Source: an uncultured delta proteobacterium
Lineage (GTDB): Bacteria; Desulfobacterota; Desulfobacteria; Desulfobacterales; SG8-13
Assembly (NCBI GenBank): GCA_963848135.1
Contig: CAWKCK010000001.1
Location: 1 to 64,000 of the forward strand
DNA: 64,000 nt
Direction of reading: 5' to 3'
This document shows, piece after piece, positions 1 through 12,017 of the stretch. The position numbers were made by a program, and so were the translations under genes. The notes under the pieces were generated by a model. It did not search any database. It saw only the letters and a list, made by a program, of their open reading frames with translations, and was not told the origin of the DNA. The stretch's first letter is position 1. Each line of letters opens with the position of its first letter.

Positions 1-1
1 C

Positions 2-61
2 ATCACGGAGGCTCAATATCAGGAAGAATCGCAAAAGTTGCTAAATCAGATCGTGGAATAA
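2..61 (+). CDS. 3' end of a SHOCT-domain protein (partial, cut by window start)
   Basis: Translates ITEAQYQEESQKLLNQIVE*, nearly identical to the C-terminus ITKEQYQEESQKLLNQIAE* at 4550-4609. Confidence 0.85.
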   Translation: MTEAQYQEESQKLLNQIVE

Positions 62-142
62 GGCGTTTATCCATTGACCTCCGTCTGAGACTGTCGAGCG
101 CTTTCGACGCAAATTGAATGCAGGACATTGAAAGGAAAGGCA

Positions 143-541
143 ATGAAAATTGAAAAGCCATTCATCATGTTAGGATTACTCGTTCTGTCCGCAATATATG
201 CTTGTGGCGGCGCATCCCTGCCCCAAGGCGCTCAGAAAATCGGCCACTACGAGGGATTTTCAGCAGTGTTCCAATATCTGGACCCTGCCAAATGGACCTT
301 TACCGGCTGCCGGACGGCAGCGGCACGTTTGAAGGCGCCTTCCAGGGAACGGAGATAGACGTATTCTCACCTTAAAAGGGAAAATGACCGGTAATCATCT
401 CGAAATGTCGTCGGTGAAGATGTCTTCGGAGGCAGTACGGTATCCGGCGATTTATCAGCCGATGAAAACGAGGTGAGCGGCACTTTCTCCCTGAATGCGC
501 CATATAACCCCAAGGGTACCTGGAGCGCCAAGAGGCAATAG
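143..541 (+). CDS. Putative lipoprotein, frameshifted
   Basis: SD AAGGAAAGG, ATG 143, signal peptide ending IYA-C; protein-like continuation in other frames (DGSGTFEGAFQG...VSGTFSLNAPYNPKGTWSAKRQ*) ending at TAG 541. Confidence 0.55.
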
Positions 542-872
542 CGACATCAGGATGTACGGCCGGCCTCGCATTCAGACGAATTGATGTGTTCATTAATCCT
601 GACGGCTCTTCGCCCTGAACATGTGTGACGCGCTGCAAGCCGGATTGACCAGACTTGGCAGCAGGATCAGATTACCTCGTCTGTAACCCTCAAACGTTTT
701 CAACCATGACCATTGGTTCCGGTAATGGACGCAACGGGACGACAAAGTGAGTAGACGGCCACATCAGGGTACCCACCGTTTTCCACTCTGCCGGCGAGCG
801 GTTCATGATCGAGTCCGGGGAGATGGTTATGGTTCACGACATTGCGTTATTCCGAATGGAAGGAGAAGAGAG

Positions 873-3459
873 ATGAAACCAATCCAGAAATCATTCGTTT
901 TTTTAGTGCTGGTCGCCTTTGCTTCGCCGGATTTCTAGCGGCCTGCGCATCGCAACAGGCCGGTTCGATGATGAAGACCGAGGCCTCGCCGCAGATCACC
1001 GGCACGCTCGGCTCGCCCAGCGCCACCACCACCATCCCCGGCAAGCAACTCCCCGCGCCCGAGCCGCCATTCGGCGGCGTCATCAAGGACGACGCCCTGA
1101 GCTCCAAGCCGTGGTGGGCGCCGCGCATCGTGCCACCCGAGGAGGCGCCCAACGTCCTGCTCATCATCACCGATGACGCCGGATTCGGCGTGCCCAGCAC
1201 CTTCGGCGGCGTGATTCCCACGCCGACGATGGACCGCATCGCCAACGAAGGTCTGCGCTACAACCGCATGTTCTCCACCGCGCTCTGCTCGCCGACGCGC
1301 GCCGCGCTCATCACCGGGCGCAATCACCACTCGGCCGGCTTCGGCGTGATCTCCGAGCAGTCCACCGGTTTCCCCGGCTACAACAGCATCATCGCCGAGG
1401 ACAAGGCCACCATCGGGCGGCATCCTGCTCGACAACGGTTACGCCACCTCGTGGTTCGGCAAGGATCACAACACGCCGGCCTTCGCCGCCAGCCAGGCCG
1501 GGCCGTTCGACCAATGGCCGACCGGTATGGGCTTCGAGTATTTCTACGGCTTCGTCGGCGGCGATGCCAACCAGTGGCAGCCCAATCTGTTCCGCAACAC
1601 CACGCAGATCTATCCCTTCGACGGCAAGCCCGAGGGCATGGAACCTGATCACCGGCATGGCCGACGACGCCATCGACTACATGACGCGGATCCACCAGAT
1701 CCAGCCGAGCAAGCCGATCTTCATCAAATACGCGCCCGGCGCCACCCACGCGCCGCATCACCCGACCGAGGAATGGGTGAAGAAGATCCACGACATGCAC
1801 CTCTTCGACGACGGCTACAATAAGCTGCGCGAGACGATCTTCGAAAACCAGAAGAAGCTCGGCGTGATCCCCCAGGACTCGAAGCTCACGCCCTGGCCCG
1901 ACAAGGTGCTCAAGCCTTGGGACCAGCTCGACGCGAAGACAAAGAAACTCTTCATCAAGCAGGTCGAAGTCTTCGCCGCCTACGCCGCCTATAACGACCA
2001 TGAGATCGGCCGCGTGATCCAGGCCTTCGAGGACCTGGGAAAACTCGACAATACGCTGATCATCTACATCAACGGCGACAACGGCACCAGCGCCGAGGGC
2101 GGCCCGCTGGGTACGCCCAACGAGGTGGCCTTCTTCAACGGCGTCAACGAGCTGCCGGTGGATGTGCAGATGAAGTGGTACGACGTGTGGGGCACCGAAC
2201 AGACCTACAACCACATGTCGGCCGGCTGGTCGTGGGCCTTCGACACGCCGTTCGACTGGTTCAAGCAGAACGCATCGCGCCTCGGCGGCATCAACCAGAA
2301 CATGGTCGTGATGTGGCCCGACCGCATCAAGGACAAGGGTGCGCTGCGCGAGCAGTTCGTGCATGTCATCGACGTCGTCCCGACCATCCTCGAAGCCGCC
2401 GGCATCCCTGCCCCGGAAACGGTGGACGGCATCAAGCAGGCGCCGATCGAAGGCACCAGCTTCCTCTACACCTTCGACGCCGAGAATGCCAAGGTGGCGT
2501 CGCGGCACAAGACGCAGTACTTCGAGATGATGGGCCAGTGGGCGCTCTACGACGAAGGCTGGCTGCTCAGCACCAAGGTCAACCGCGCGCCGTGGGAGGC
2601 CTTCGGTCCGGCCAACCCCGACCCGCTGAACAACCAGGTGTTCCAGCTCTACCACCTGACCGAGAACTTCAACCAGTCGGACGACATCGCCGCGCAGAAC
2701 CCGGAGAAGGTCAAGGAGCTGCGCGCGAAGTTCCTCGCCGAGGCGAAGAAGTACCAGGTCTTGCCGCTGGATGCCTCGGTTGCGGCGCGCGTCGTTGCGC
2801 CGCGCCCAAACATCACGGCCGGGCGCACCGAGTTCGTTTACACGCAGCCGATGGTCGGCCTGCCGCAGGGCGACTCGCCCTTCCTGCTGGACGCGTCCTA
2901 CACCATCACTGCCGACATCACGGTGCCCAAAGGCGGCGCGGAGGGCATGATCCTGACCTCGGGCGGGCGCTTTGCCGGCTACGGCTTCTATCTCCAGGAG
3001 GGCAAGCCAACCTTCCTCTGGAACTTGATCGACCTGAAGCGCATCAAGTGGCAGGGCCCCGACGCGCTCGCTCCCGGCATGCACACCATCGAGTTCGACT
3101 TCAATTACGAAGGACTGGGTTTGGGCACGCTGGCCTACAACAACATGAGCGGCCTGGGCCGGCCGGGCACCGGCACGCTCAAGGTGGACGGCAAGGTAGT
3201 GCAGACCATCAAAATGAAGCGCACACTGCCCATGATCCTGCAATGGGACGAGAGCTTCGACATCGGCTCCGACACGCTCACTGGCGTGAACGACGCCGAC
3301 TACAAGCCGCCGTTCACCCTCACCGCCAAGCTGAACAAGCTGACGGTCACGGTAGACCGACCGCAGTTGTCCGAGGCGGACATCAAGACGCTTGAGACCA
3401 AGATGAGCGAGGCCATGGACGGCACGCCGCTGAAGCGGGTTCAGCCCGGGCCGCAATAG
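873..3459 (+). CDS. Arylsulfatase (Cys-type, lipoprotein signal), three apparent frameshifts near 925, 1420 and 1638
   Basis: [39 protein letters not shown] motifs joined across ORFs 842-1648, 1527-1823 and 1564-3459; SD AAGGAG before ATG 873. Confidence 0.93.
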
Positions 3460-3508
3460 TTGTGCGCAGTGAGCCGGCAGCAAAGGCTTTCCGGTCGTGA
3501 AACGCGCG

Positions 3509-3532
3509 GGCCGCCCTCTAAAGGGGGCGGCC
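3509..3532. terminator. GC-rich hairpin after sulfatase (terminator or REP-like)
   Basis: GGCCGCCC-TCTAAAGG-GGGCGGCC inverted repeat; no clear U-tract. Confidence 0.4.
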
Positions 3533-3683
3533 TATACCAGCGTATCGGGGTTCGTGCCTCACCCCAACGTGCATGTTCCAGTCGTTCTTAAAGCGGCGAC
3601 CATCCTGATCACCGGCACCGGCATCTCGTGATGAACACCGTCTGCCGGTTCGTAATTGACAAAGTGCATTCGGAGGAAAAGCG

Positions 3684-4100
3684 ATGAAGAATTTTGTAAT
3701 GTGCCTGCTGCCGACACTGGTGCTTGCCTTCGGGGTTTTCGCAGAGCCGGCCTTTGCGCGGGATACAGCGGCACCGTCTGTCGCGTCCGAATCCGGATTT
3801 GATGTCTTATTGGGCCGATGGGTGCGACCCGACGGTGGCTACGTAATCACTATCCAGGGCGTTGAGCCCGACGGAAAACTCGACGCCGCTTACGCAAATC
3901 CCAGACCGCTCCCGTTCGCGGAGGCCCAGGCTTCACGGGACGACAAGACCATCAAGCTCTTCTTTGAGTTGCGCGCCGGCGGCTACAACGGGTCCACCTA
4001 CACCCTCACCTACGACCCGGCGAATGACGTTCTCTATGGCATCTACTACCAGGCGGTCGCGCGGCAGAGGTTCAACGTCTATTTCGAACGAACCAAGTAG
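3684..4100 (+). CDS. Exported hypothetical protein
   Basis: SD GGAGG, signal peptide ending AFA, intact 138-aa ORF. Confidence 0.8.
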   Translation: MKNFVMCLLPTLVLAFGVFAEPAFARDTAAPSVASESGFDVLLGRWVRPDGGYVITIQGVEPDGKLDAAYANPRPLPFAEAQASRDDKTIKLFFELRAGGYNGSTYTLTYDPANDVLYGIYYQAVARQRFNVYFERTK

Positions 4101-4609
4101 GGGGCACGCTGAAGTACAACAGCCTCAGCGGCCTTGGCTGCCCCGACACCGGCACATTGAAGTTGGACGGCAAGGTTGTCGCAACGCAGAAGATGGAAAA
4201 GACCATCCCATTGACCCTGCAAAGGGACGAGAACTTCGACGTGGGCGACGATCTGATTTACGACATCACCCTTATCGAAGGGCAGTTGCCGAAGACAGGA
4301 GGGCCGTCTTCGCTGTTCATCGACATCTTCGGTGTCTGGTGTCGCACGGCCCGCCGCGCGGTGTGGGTCAGTGCGGCGGCAGCGACCACCGCTGCGGCGA
4401 CTTCGGCTGCGGCTTCCCACCCAACAAATGTCACGGTGCAGGAGACGGCGCCGCCGCCACCGGCATCTTCCGCTCAGACCATGTCGAGCTCCCAGGCGTC
4501 GGCCGTCGCACGGCTCAAGGAGCTCAAGTCGTTGGAGAAGCAAGGGCTCATCACCAAAGAGCAGTACCAGGAAGAGTCTCAGAAACTGCTCAACCAGATC
4601 GCGGAGTAA
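4101..4609 (+). pseudogene. Chimeric remnant: arylsulfatase C-terminal fragment fused to the 3' half of an SLFID-motif/SHOCT protein
   Basis: GTLKLDGKVVATQKMEKTIPLTLQRDENFDVG matches the sulfatase tails; LIYDITLIEGQLPKTGGPSSLFID matches 7425-7994; ends in SHOCT; no SD/ATG start. Confidence 0.8.
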
Positions 4610-4632
4610 GGCGACAAAAAGGACATATCACT

Positions 4633-7258
4633 ATGAGAATCTTCAAATTTTTTAAGGACAAATCACTCTTGCATTTGACGGTCGCTTTGATTGTTTCAGT
4701 AATACCAGCGGCCTCGCCTTACGCCGGAATGTCGGGGGTGGAATCACTTGAGACCCACTTGCGGGCTGAGATCGAGGGCATGCTGCAAACCGATCGTCCG
4801 ATGGGTGTGCGCCACGACAGGGAAATCGCCGGTACGCCCGGCTCGCCGGACGCCACCACGACGATAGATGGCAAACAACTCCCGCCAATGCCGGACGAAT
4901 ACTTCGGCGGCAAGATCGAGCGCAATGTACTGCAATCCAAGCCGTACTGGCCGCCTCGCTTGGTGCCGCCCAAGGGGGCGCCGAACGTGCTGCTGATCAT
5001 GACCGACGACTCCGGTTACGGTGTGCCCAGCACCTTCGGCGGCGTTATCCCAACGCCGGCGCTTGACCGTATCGCCGAGCAAGGGTTGCGCTACACAAAC
5101 TTCCATTCCACAGCCGTGTGTTCGGCAACGCGTGCGGCAATTATCACCGGGCGCAACCATCACCAGATGGGTTTCGGCACCGTGGCTGAAACGTCGACCG
5201 GCTATCCCGGCTACAACAGCATCATGACCCGGGACAAGGCGACCATCGGCAAGATCATGAAGGACAATGGCTACCTGACGTCGTGGTTCGGCAAGAACCA
5301 CAACACGCCGGCCTTCCAGGTCAGTCAGGCCGGCCCCTTCGATCAGTGGCCTACCGGCCTGGGTTTCGACTATTTCTACGGCTTCATGGGTGGGGATACC
5401 AACCAGTGGGAGCCAGCCAACTTGGCCCGCAACACCACCTATATCTATCCGTTCCAGGACAACCCGGATTACAACCTGACCACAGCGATGGCGGATGAAG
5501 CCATCGACTACATGAAGCGGATGAATGCAATCGCACCGGAGCAGCCGTTTTTCGTGTACTACGTGCCCGGTGGCACGCACGCGCCACACCACCCGACACC
5601 GGAGTGGATCGAAAAGATCAGCAAGATGCACCTGTTCGATGAGGGCTGGAACAAGCTGCGCGAGACCATCTTCGAGAATCAGAAGAAGCTCGGGGTGATC
5701 CCGGCGGACGCAAAGATGACACCGTGGCCCAAGGATCTGCTCAAGGAGTGGGATGAGCTTAACGATGACGAGAAGAAGATGTTTCTTCGGCAAGTGGATG
5801 TTTTTGCCGCCTACGTTGCCTATACCGACCACGAAATCGGCCGCGTGATTCAGGCTGTCGAGGACATGGGCAAACTCGACAACACATTGATCATTTATAT
5901 CAACGGTGACAATGGCACCAGTGCGGAAGGCGGGCTGCTCGGCACCCCGAACGAGGTTGCGTCGGTCCAGGGAGTCGTGTTGCCGGTAAAGGATCAGTTG
6001 AAGTTCTTCTATGATCTGTGGGGCTCGGATATGACCTATCCGCATATGGCGGTACCCTGGGCCTGGGCCTTCGACACGCCGTTCTCCTGGACCAAGATGG
6101 TGGCGTCGCACTTCGGCGGCACCAAGCAGGGCATGGCCATCTCCTGGCCCAAGGTGATCAAGGACAAGGGCGGCATCCGCTACCAGTTCCACCACGTCAT
6201 CGATATCGTGCCGACGATCCTCGAAGCGGCCCAGCTCAAACAGCCCGAGGTGGTGGACGGCATTCCGCAGAAGCCGATCGAAGGCGTCAGCATGGCGTAC
6301 ACCTTCGATAAAAAGAACGCGGACGCGCCCTCAACCCACACGACCCAGTACTTCGAGATGATCGGTGACCACGCGATCTACCACGATGGCTGGATCCTCA
6401 GCTCCAAAGTCATGCGCGTGCCGTGGGACAACAGCGGTAAGGGTTTTCCGGATCCCGCGGGCTGGCCGTGGGAATTGTATGACATGAGCAAGGACTGGAC
6501 GCAGTACGAGGACGTTGCGGCAAAGCACCCCGAGAAAGTGAAGGAGATGGAGGCGCTGTTCTGGCAGGAGGCGGAAAAGAACCAGGTCCTGCCGCTGAAT
6601 GCAACGACATTTACCCGTTTGGTCCAGCCGCGCCCCAGTCTCGCGGCGGGCCGTACCGTGTTCACCTACTCGGGTGAAATGACCGGCACGCCCAACGGTG
6701 ACGCGCCGAGCATCATCGCCACGTCCTACAACTTCAAGGCCGATATCGAGGTCCCCAAGGGTGGTGCCGAGGGCATGATCGTGACCCAGGGCGGCCGCTT
6801 TGCCGGCTACGGCTTCTATTTGCTCAAGGGCAAGCCGGTGTTTACCTGGAACCTGGTCGATCTCAAGCGCATCAAGTGGGAAGGTCCGGAAGTACTCGCG
6901 CCCGGTAAACACACCCTCGAATTCGATTTCAAGTACGACGGCCTGGGCGCCGCGACCCTCGCGTTCGGCAGCCCCAGCGGCCTGGGTCGCAGCGGCACCG
7001 GTGTACTCAAGGTCGACGGCAAGGTGGTGGCGACGCAGTAAGATGGAAAAGACCATCCCGATGACGCTGCAATGGGACGAGAACTTCGACGTGGGCGCCG
7101 ATACCGGCACCCCGGTGGACGATAAGGACTATCAGATACCGTTCAGGTTCACCGGCAAGCTCGACAAGCTGACCCTGACCATCGACCGGCCAAAGCTCTC
7201 GCCGGAAGACATCGAGAAGCTCAAAGCCGCCATGCACAACAACCCGGCGAGCGAGTAG
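4633..7258 (+). CDS. Arylsulfatase paralog 2, one frameshift near 7039
   Basis: PNVLLIMTDD, CSATRAAIITGR, WFGKNH, GTHAPH, GDNG; extra T in CAG-T-AAG; C-terminus continues KMEKTIPMTLQWDENFD to TAG 7258. Confidence 0.93.
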
Positions 7259-7424
7259 AAGCCCCTTCGGTCGACATTGGAGGGTGGCCAGATTCGCTAT
7301 GAAGGTGCAATCCTCGGCGGACACGGACCCGTCAACAGGGCGGGGGGTGCGATGAGAACTTATGCGCTCACAGTCGACCGAACGGGTCGATTAAACGATT
7401 GAAGATCGAAAAGGAGAACAAACG

Positions 7425-7994
7425 ATGGCCCGTTTGAATACATGCGTAAAAAAGCTGAACTGCATCGGCCAGACTGTCATTCTGGTAGTGATGATCGTGT
7501 CGCTTGCGGCATGTGCGACACCTTCAAAAACTTCGATGACTTCTTCGGCATCGCCCGAGTTTATGTTCGTGCAGATTGCCGATGACCTCAAGGTGGACCC
7601 GGCAGCGAATACAATCCGCCTGGTGAACATCAACCAGCAGACATTGTACTTCTCGGATCGGCCGGTGCGAATCGCCGGGCATGTCAAAATGGACGCCTAT
7701 CTCAAGGAGTGGACGGCACAAGCCGGAAAGGACAATTTCGGTGCAGACCCGCCGAATGCCGTGCTGTCGGTTTATGAGCCGGGACAACCCGACAATACGA
7801 CCGCCGTGGTCGAGATCACCCAGCCAAAGATCGACGGATCCGATCTCATCTACAACTACAAGCTCATCAAGGGCAGGCTCCCCGCCGGAGGCGGTGCGAC
7901 ATCACTGTTCATTGATTGGATCGGGGTCGGGGGTGGCGTCGGGCGCGGCTTCCACGGCGTTGGGGTCGGTTTCCGAGGTCCCGGCATCCGTTAA
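7425..7994 (+). CDS. Lipoprotein of unknown function (YFSDRP/DPPNA/SLFID motifs)
   Basis: SD AAGGAG, lipobox LAA-C, Gly-rich tail. Confidence 0.8.
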   Translation: MARLNTCVKKLNCIGQTVILVVMIVSLAACATPSKTSMTSSASPEFMFVQIADDLKVDPAANTIRLVNINQQTLYFSDRPVRIAGHVKMDAYLKEWTAQAGKDNFGADPPNAVLSVYEPGQPDNTTAVVEITQPKIDGSDLIYNYKLIKGRLPAGGGATSLFIDWIGVGGGVGRGFHGVGVGFRGPGIR

Positions 7995-8326
7995 TGCCTA
8001 CTGCATGGTTTTCAAAATGTGATATGCAAAGGGAGGACCGCATCGGTTTCAGAAGAATCGGGTAAATTTGTGGTGACGGCATCAGGGGACGAAGTGGCTT
8101 TCATTGTGTACGGCGCGTGCACGACTCTGCCGTAAAGCATCTTCACGCTCGCCAGCTTTTGCGAGGCCGATTTCGAAGGCGGCTGTGAGAACCGGCGCAG
8201 CGTTTCGAGAATCAAATAAAGACGAAACGATCGGGACACACAATATTTCATCACCGGGCGACACCTGCGGTTCGACTGGGTGTACCGGTGTCGGTTTGGG
8301 ATTCATGCTCAAAGTAAGGAGTAACC

Positions 8327-9157
8327 ATGGTAAGACACATCAAACATGCGGTTGGGGCAATCACCTTTTGCCTTGTGTTCATAGGAGTCCAGAGTGCGCC
8401 TCTTCTTGCTGCAGAGCAGCAGAGTGCGGAGGAACTGGCCAAGAAGGTGCAAAACCCGGTCGCCGACCTGATCAGCGTACCCTTGCAGAACAATTTCAAC
8501 TTCGGTGTCGGCCCGGAGGATGATCTCCAGTATGTGCTCAACATACAACCGGTGATTCCCTTCAAGCTCAACGCAGACTGGAACCTTATCACCCGTACGA
8601 TCGTGCCGGTTATCTCCCAGCCGGGTTTCACGCGTAATCAGGACCGTGTCAACGGTATCGGCGACATCCAGTTCACGCCGTTCCTGTCTCCGAGGAATTC
8701 GGAGGGCCTGATATGGGGCGTCGGCCCGGTCGTGCAGTTTCCGACGAACAGCAACGACCGGCTGGGAAACGATCGCTGGGGTCTCGGTGCCTCTGCGGTC
8801 GCGCTGAAAATGTCGAAGGGCAGCCCGTGGGTCTATGGCGCTCTGGTCAACAACATCTGGTCGGTGAGTGGTTCCAATAGCGACCCGAGCTACAGCAACT
8901 TCCTGATCCAGCCGTTCCTCAATTACAATTTCTCCGGTGGGTTCTACCTCTCGAGCGCACCGATCATTACCGCCAACTGGAAGGCCGACAGCGGTGATCG
9001 CTGGACCGTGCCGCTGGGCGGCGGCGCCGGGAAAATCGTCCACTTCGGCCGGCTGCCGGTGAATCTCCAGTTGCAGGCTTACTACAATGTGGCAACACCG
9101 GATAACGGCGCGGACTGGCAACTGCGGTTACAGGTTCAGTTCCTGTTCCCCAAGTGA
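8327..9157 (+). CDS. Outer-membrane beta-barrel protein (family commonly labelled neuromedin U/transporter)
   Basis: Signal peptide, ELAKKVQNPVADLISVPLQNN, IQPVIPF, C-terminal LRLQVQFLFPK beta signal. Confidence 0.8.
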   Translation: MVRHIKHAVGAITFCLVFIGVQSAPLLAAEQQSAEELAKKVQNPVADLISVPLQNNFNFGVGPEDDLQYVLNIQPVIPFKLNADWNLITRTIVPVISQPGFTRNQDRVNGIGDIQFTPFLSPRNSEGLIWGVGPVVQFPTNSNDRLGNDRWGLGASAVALKMSKGSPWVYGALVNNIWSVSGSNSDPSYSNFLIQPFLNYNFSGGFYLSSAPIITANWKADSGDRWTVPLGGGAGKIVHFGRLPVNLQLQAYYNVATPDNGADWQLRLQVQFLFPK

Positions 9158-9212
9158 CGGGGTGCCGACGTGGTGGCCGCTAAGAAATTGGATTTGAGGA
9201 TGGAGTAAAGAG

Positions 9213-9244
9213 TAACCCGCATACTTCATGAAATATGCGGGTTG
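9213..9244. repeat. 32-bp palindrome family, copy 1
   Basis: TAACCCGCATACTTCA|TGAAATATGCGGGTTG, similar to 31484-31515. Confidence 0.8.
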
Positions 9245-9360
9245 ACGGGAATCGAGGGACTTGCCCCCAAAAGACAAACCCATGTGAGGGCTCATTGAAG
9301 GATGAATCATCAGCCGTCGGTGTCTGACGTAAAAAACTTCGAGGTTAAGAGGAGGTTTTC

Positions 9361-10693
9361 ATGTTTGCACAGAAAAGGGAGATTCGTGGCGCCAAATTCA
9401 TCATGATCCTCTCGGTGCTTTGGCTCGGCGTGCTCAACTCCAGCCCGGCCATGGCCGGCGGCCTGATCGCCTATGAGTTCGGTACGGCCGAGGTGGGTCT
9501 CGCTTCGGCAGGCTACAGCGCACGCGCGCAGGACGCTTCGACCACGTTCACCAACCCCGCCGGCATGACGCGACTGGCCGGCACTCAGGTGCTGGCGGCG
9601 GGGCAGGTGCTCTGGGGCAACACCGAATTCTCGATCGATTCCGGTACGTCGCCGGGACTCGGCGGCAGCAACGGTGGTTATGCGATCGGAACGGACGGGC
9701 GGTTCCTGGGCGGCGGCGGTTTTCTCAGCTACAGCGTGTCGCCCGCGCTCAAGCTCGGGTTTGCCCTTACCGGCAACTTCGGTGCTCCCATGAACTACGA
9801 CGACGACTGGGTCGGCCGCTACTACGTCCAGGAGACGACGCTGCTCGGGATATCGCTTGTGCCCTCGATGGGCCTATAAGGTGACCGACAAGCTCTCGCT
9901 TGGGGGGGGCGTGACCGCTATGCACGGCAAATACACCAATCAGGTGGCCATCAACAACCGTCAATCCGGCCTTCGGCGACGGTAAGCTCAAGCTCGATGA
10001 CACCGACTGGGGTTGGGGCATCAACCTCGGACTGCTCTACGAGATAACAGAAGGCACCCGGTTGGGTCTGACCTGGAACTCGCAGGTGGACCTCGACTTC
10101 AACGCGCCGGCGCAGTTTTCGAACCTTGCACCGGGTCTCGGCACCCTATTGAACAACAGGGGGCTGCTCAACGCGAACATCAAAGTCGGGATCAAGGTTC
10201 CCCAGCAGGCGATGGGCAGTATCTTCACCCAGTTGAACGATCGCTGGGCGGTGCTCGGCAGCTTGGGCTGGCAGCAGTGGTCGAAGTTCGGCCAGGTGCA
10301 ACTCGGCATCGACAACACGACCAATCCGACTAGCACTTCGACCGATCTGGACTTCAAGGACACCTGGCACGTTGCCCTGGGCGCGCAGTACCGGTTGAGC
10401 AATCCGTGGCTGCTCAACTTCGGCATCGCCTACGACTCGGAATTCCAGGACGGCGCGAGCGTCTCGCCGTTGCTGCCGGTGAATTCGGCCTGGCGCTTCG
10501 GCGTGGGCGCCCAGCACCAGCCGAGCGAGACTTTCTTCTGGGGCGTTGTGGCCGAGTACCTCTATGGTGGGAACTCGATACCAACCTTCAGAGCACTTTG
10601 CCGGTTGCCCTCGGCGGGCATGGAAATGTCGTCGGTTCTTACAACAACCTTTCGACCTTTTTCCTGGGCCTGTATGCCAACTGGACGTTCTAA
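9361..10693 (+). CDS. OmpP1/FadL-family outer-membrane transporter, frameshifted
   Basis: GLASAGYSARAQDASTTFTNPAGM hatch motif, DWVGRY, FKDTWHVALGAQY, terminal Phe; split over 9361-9879, 10062-10715 and 10406-10693. Confidence 0.85.
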
Positions 10694-10797
10694 AGCTGAA
10701 TGGATTAGGCGTTGATTCCCTATCATCCAGACCCGCAAATGTGGTTGTTGAGCGAAAGGGAGAATGATGCGCAGCGGACAAATCCCTGGAGGATTCC

Positions 10798-11975
10798 ATG
10801 ACCTCTCAAGAGAATACGACACAGAGTCCGGACATCGAGTCGCTATTCCAACTGGGAAGCGGGCGTTTCGGCCGGATATTTGAGCGGGTGCGGCTGGCGC
10901 ACGGGGCTCGACTGCATTTGGGGCGGGTGGCCGTGCTATCGGCGGTTATGGCGTGGATGCCCCCTTGCTGATATTGGCCGCTGTCGAGGGTTTGGCGTGG
11001 GGGGATCGTGTGGCGGTGCCGCTGCTGAAGGATTTTCTGCCTTACGGTCAGTTTCTGCTGGCCGTGCCGGTGCTGGTTTTTGGCGAGAAAATCGTTGGCA
11101 AACGCCTCAGCTGGACTGTCGCGGAGCTGCGACGGTCCGACATTCTTGCTCCGGAGGAAACACCGAGATTGGACATTTAATTGGCACGCATGGTTGAGCT
11201 GTGGCAGGGCTGGATCGTGAACGTGGTGTTCCTGTTGTTGACCTGCGCCGTCACTATCCGGTCGTTATGGGGTGTACCGGAGTGGTTGACGGGAGGCTGG
11301 CAGTCTGTCGACGGAAGGCTGACGCTACCAGGCTGGTGGTATGTGTTGATCAGCATGTCGCTGTTACGATTTCTGGTGTTGCGGTGGACGTGGCGTTTTC
11401 TGCTGTGGGCGTGGATGTTGTGGCGGGCGGCGCGGTTAAGGCTACAACTTCAGCCGGTCCATCCCGATCGCGCAGGCGGCCTGGCATTTCTTGGCGGGGC
11501 GCAGGCAGGATTCGGCCTGCTGGTGTTCGCGTTCAGCGTTCAGTTGTCCTGCCTGATCGCCGATGCCGCGTGGTACCGGGGTGCGGATCTCATGGCCTTC
11601 AAAGGGCACGTGCTTGTGTTTATGTTACTCTCTGTTCTGTTGCTCATATTGCCGCTTTTGGTTTTCGCTCCGGCGTTGGTATACGCGCGGGAGGAAAGTC
11701 TCGTGTTTCTTAGCGGCAGCGGACATCGAGGGGCGGTTAATCTAGAAAGGAAACTACGATCCAGCCGGACCCGGGAGTTGCCGGAGGGTGAGATATCCGG
11801 CCTGGCAGACTTTGGCGAACTGTATGAAAATGCGCGGCTCATGCGGCCCTTACCTCTGGAACTGCGACATCTTCTATCCATGGTCCTGGCGGCAATTCTG
11901 CCGTTCCTGCCGCTGGTGTTTCTGGTGATACCGGCCCAGGAGGTGTTGCGGACATTGGTTGAGCTGATTAAATGA
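10798..11975 (+). CDS. Polytopic inner-membrane hypothetical protein, frameshifted
   Basis: SD GGAGG + ATG 10798; hydrophobic segments in 10953-11180 and 11181-11975 (HPDRAGGLAFLG). Confidence 0.7.
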
Positions 11976-12017
11976 TCGAAAAGCAGAGGAAGATTACCCG
12001 GAAGGTTGGAGACATCT

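Noticed and set aside
3862..4632. N-terminal extension making a 1059-aa sulfatase
   Set aside because: Overlaps real genes in other frames; signal peptide and SD begin at ATG 4633
1378..6195. Long antisense and alternate-frame ORFs (701 aa, 483 aa, 406 aa) over the sulfatases
   Set aside because: Shadow ORFs caused by high GC3 codon bias; no motifs
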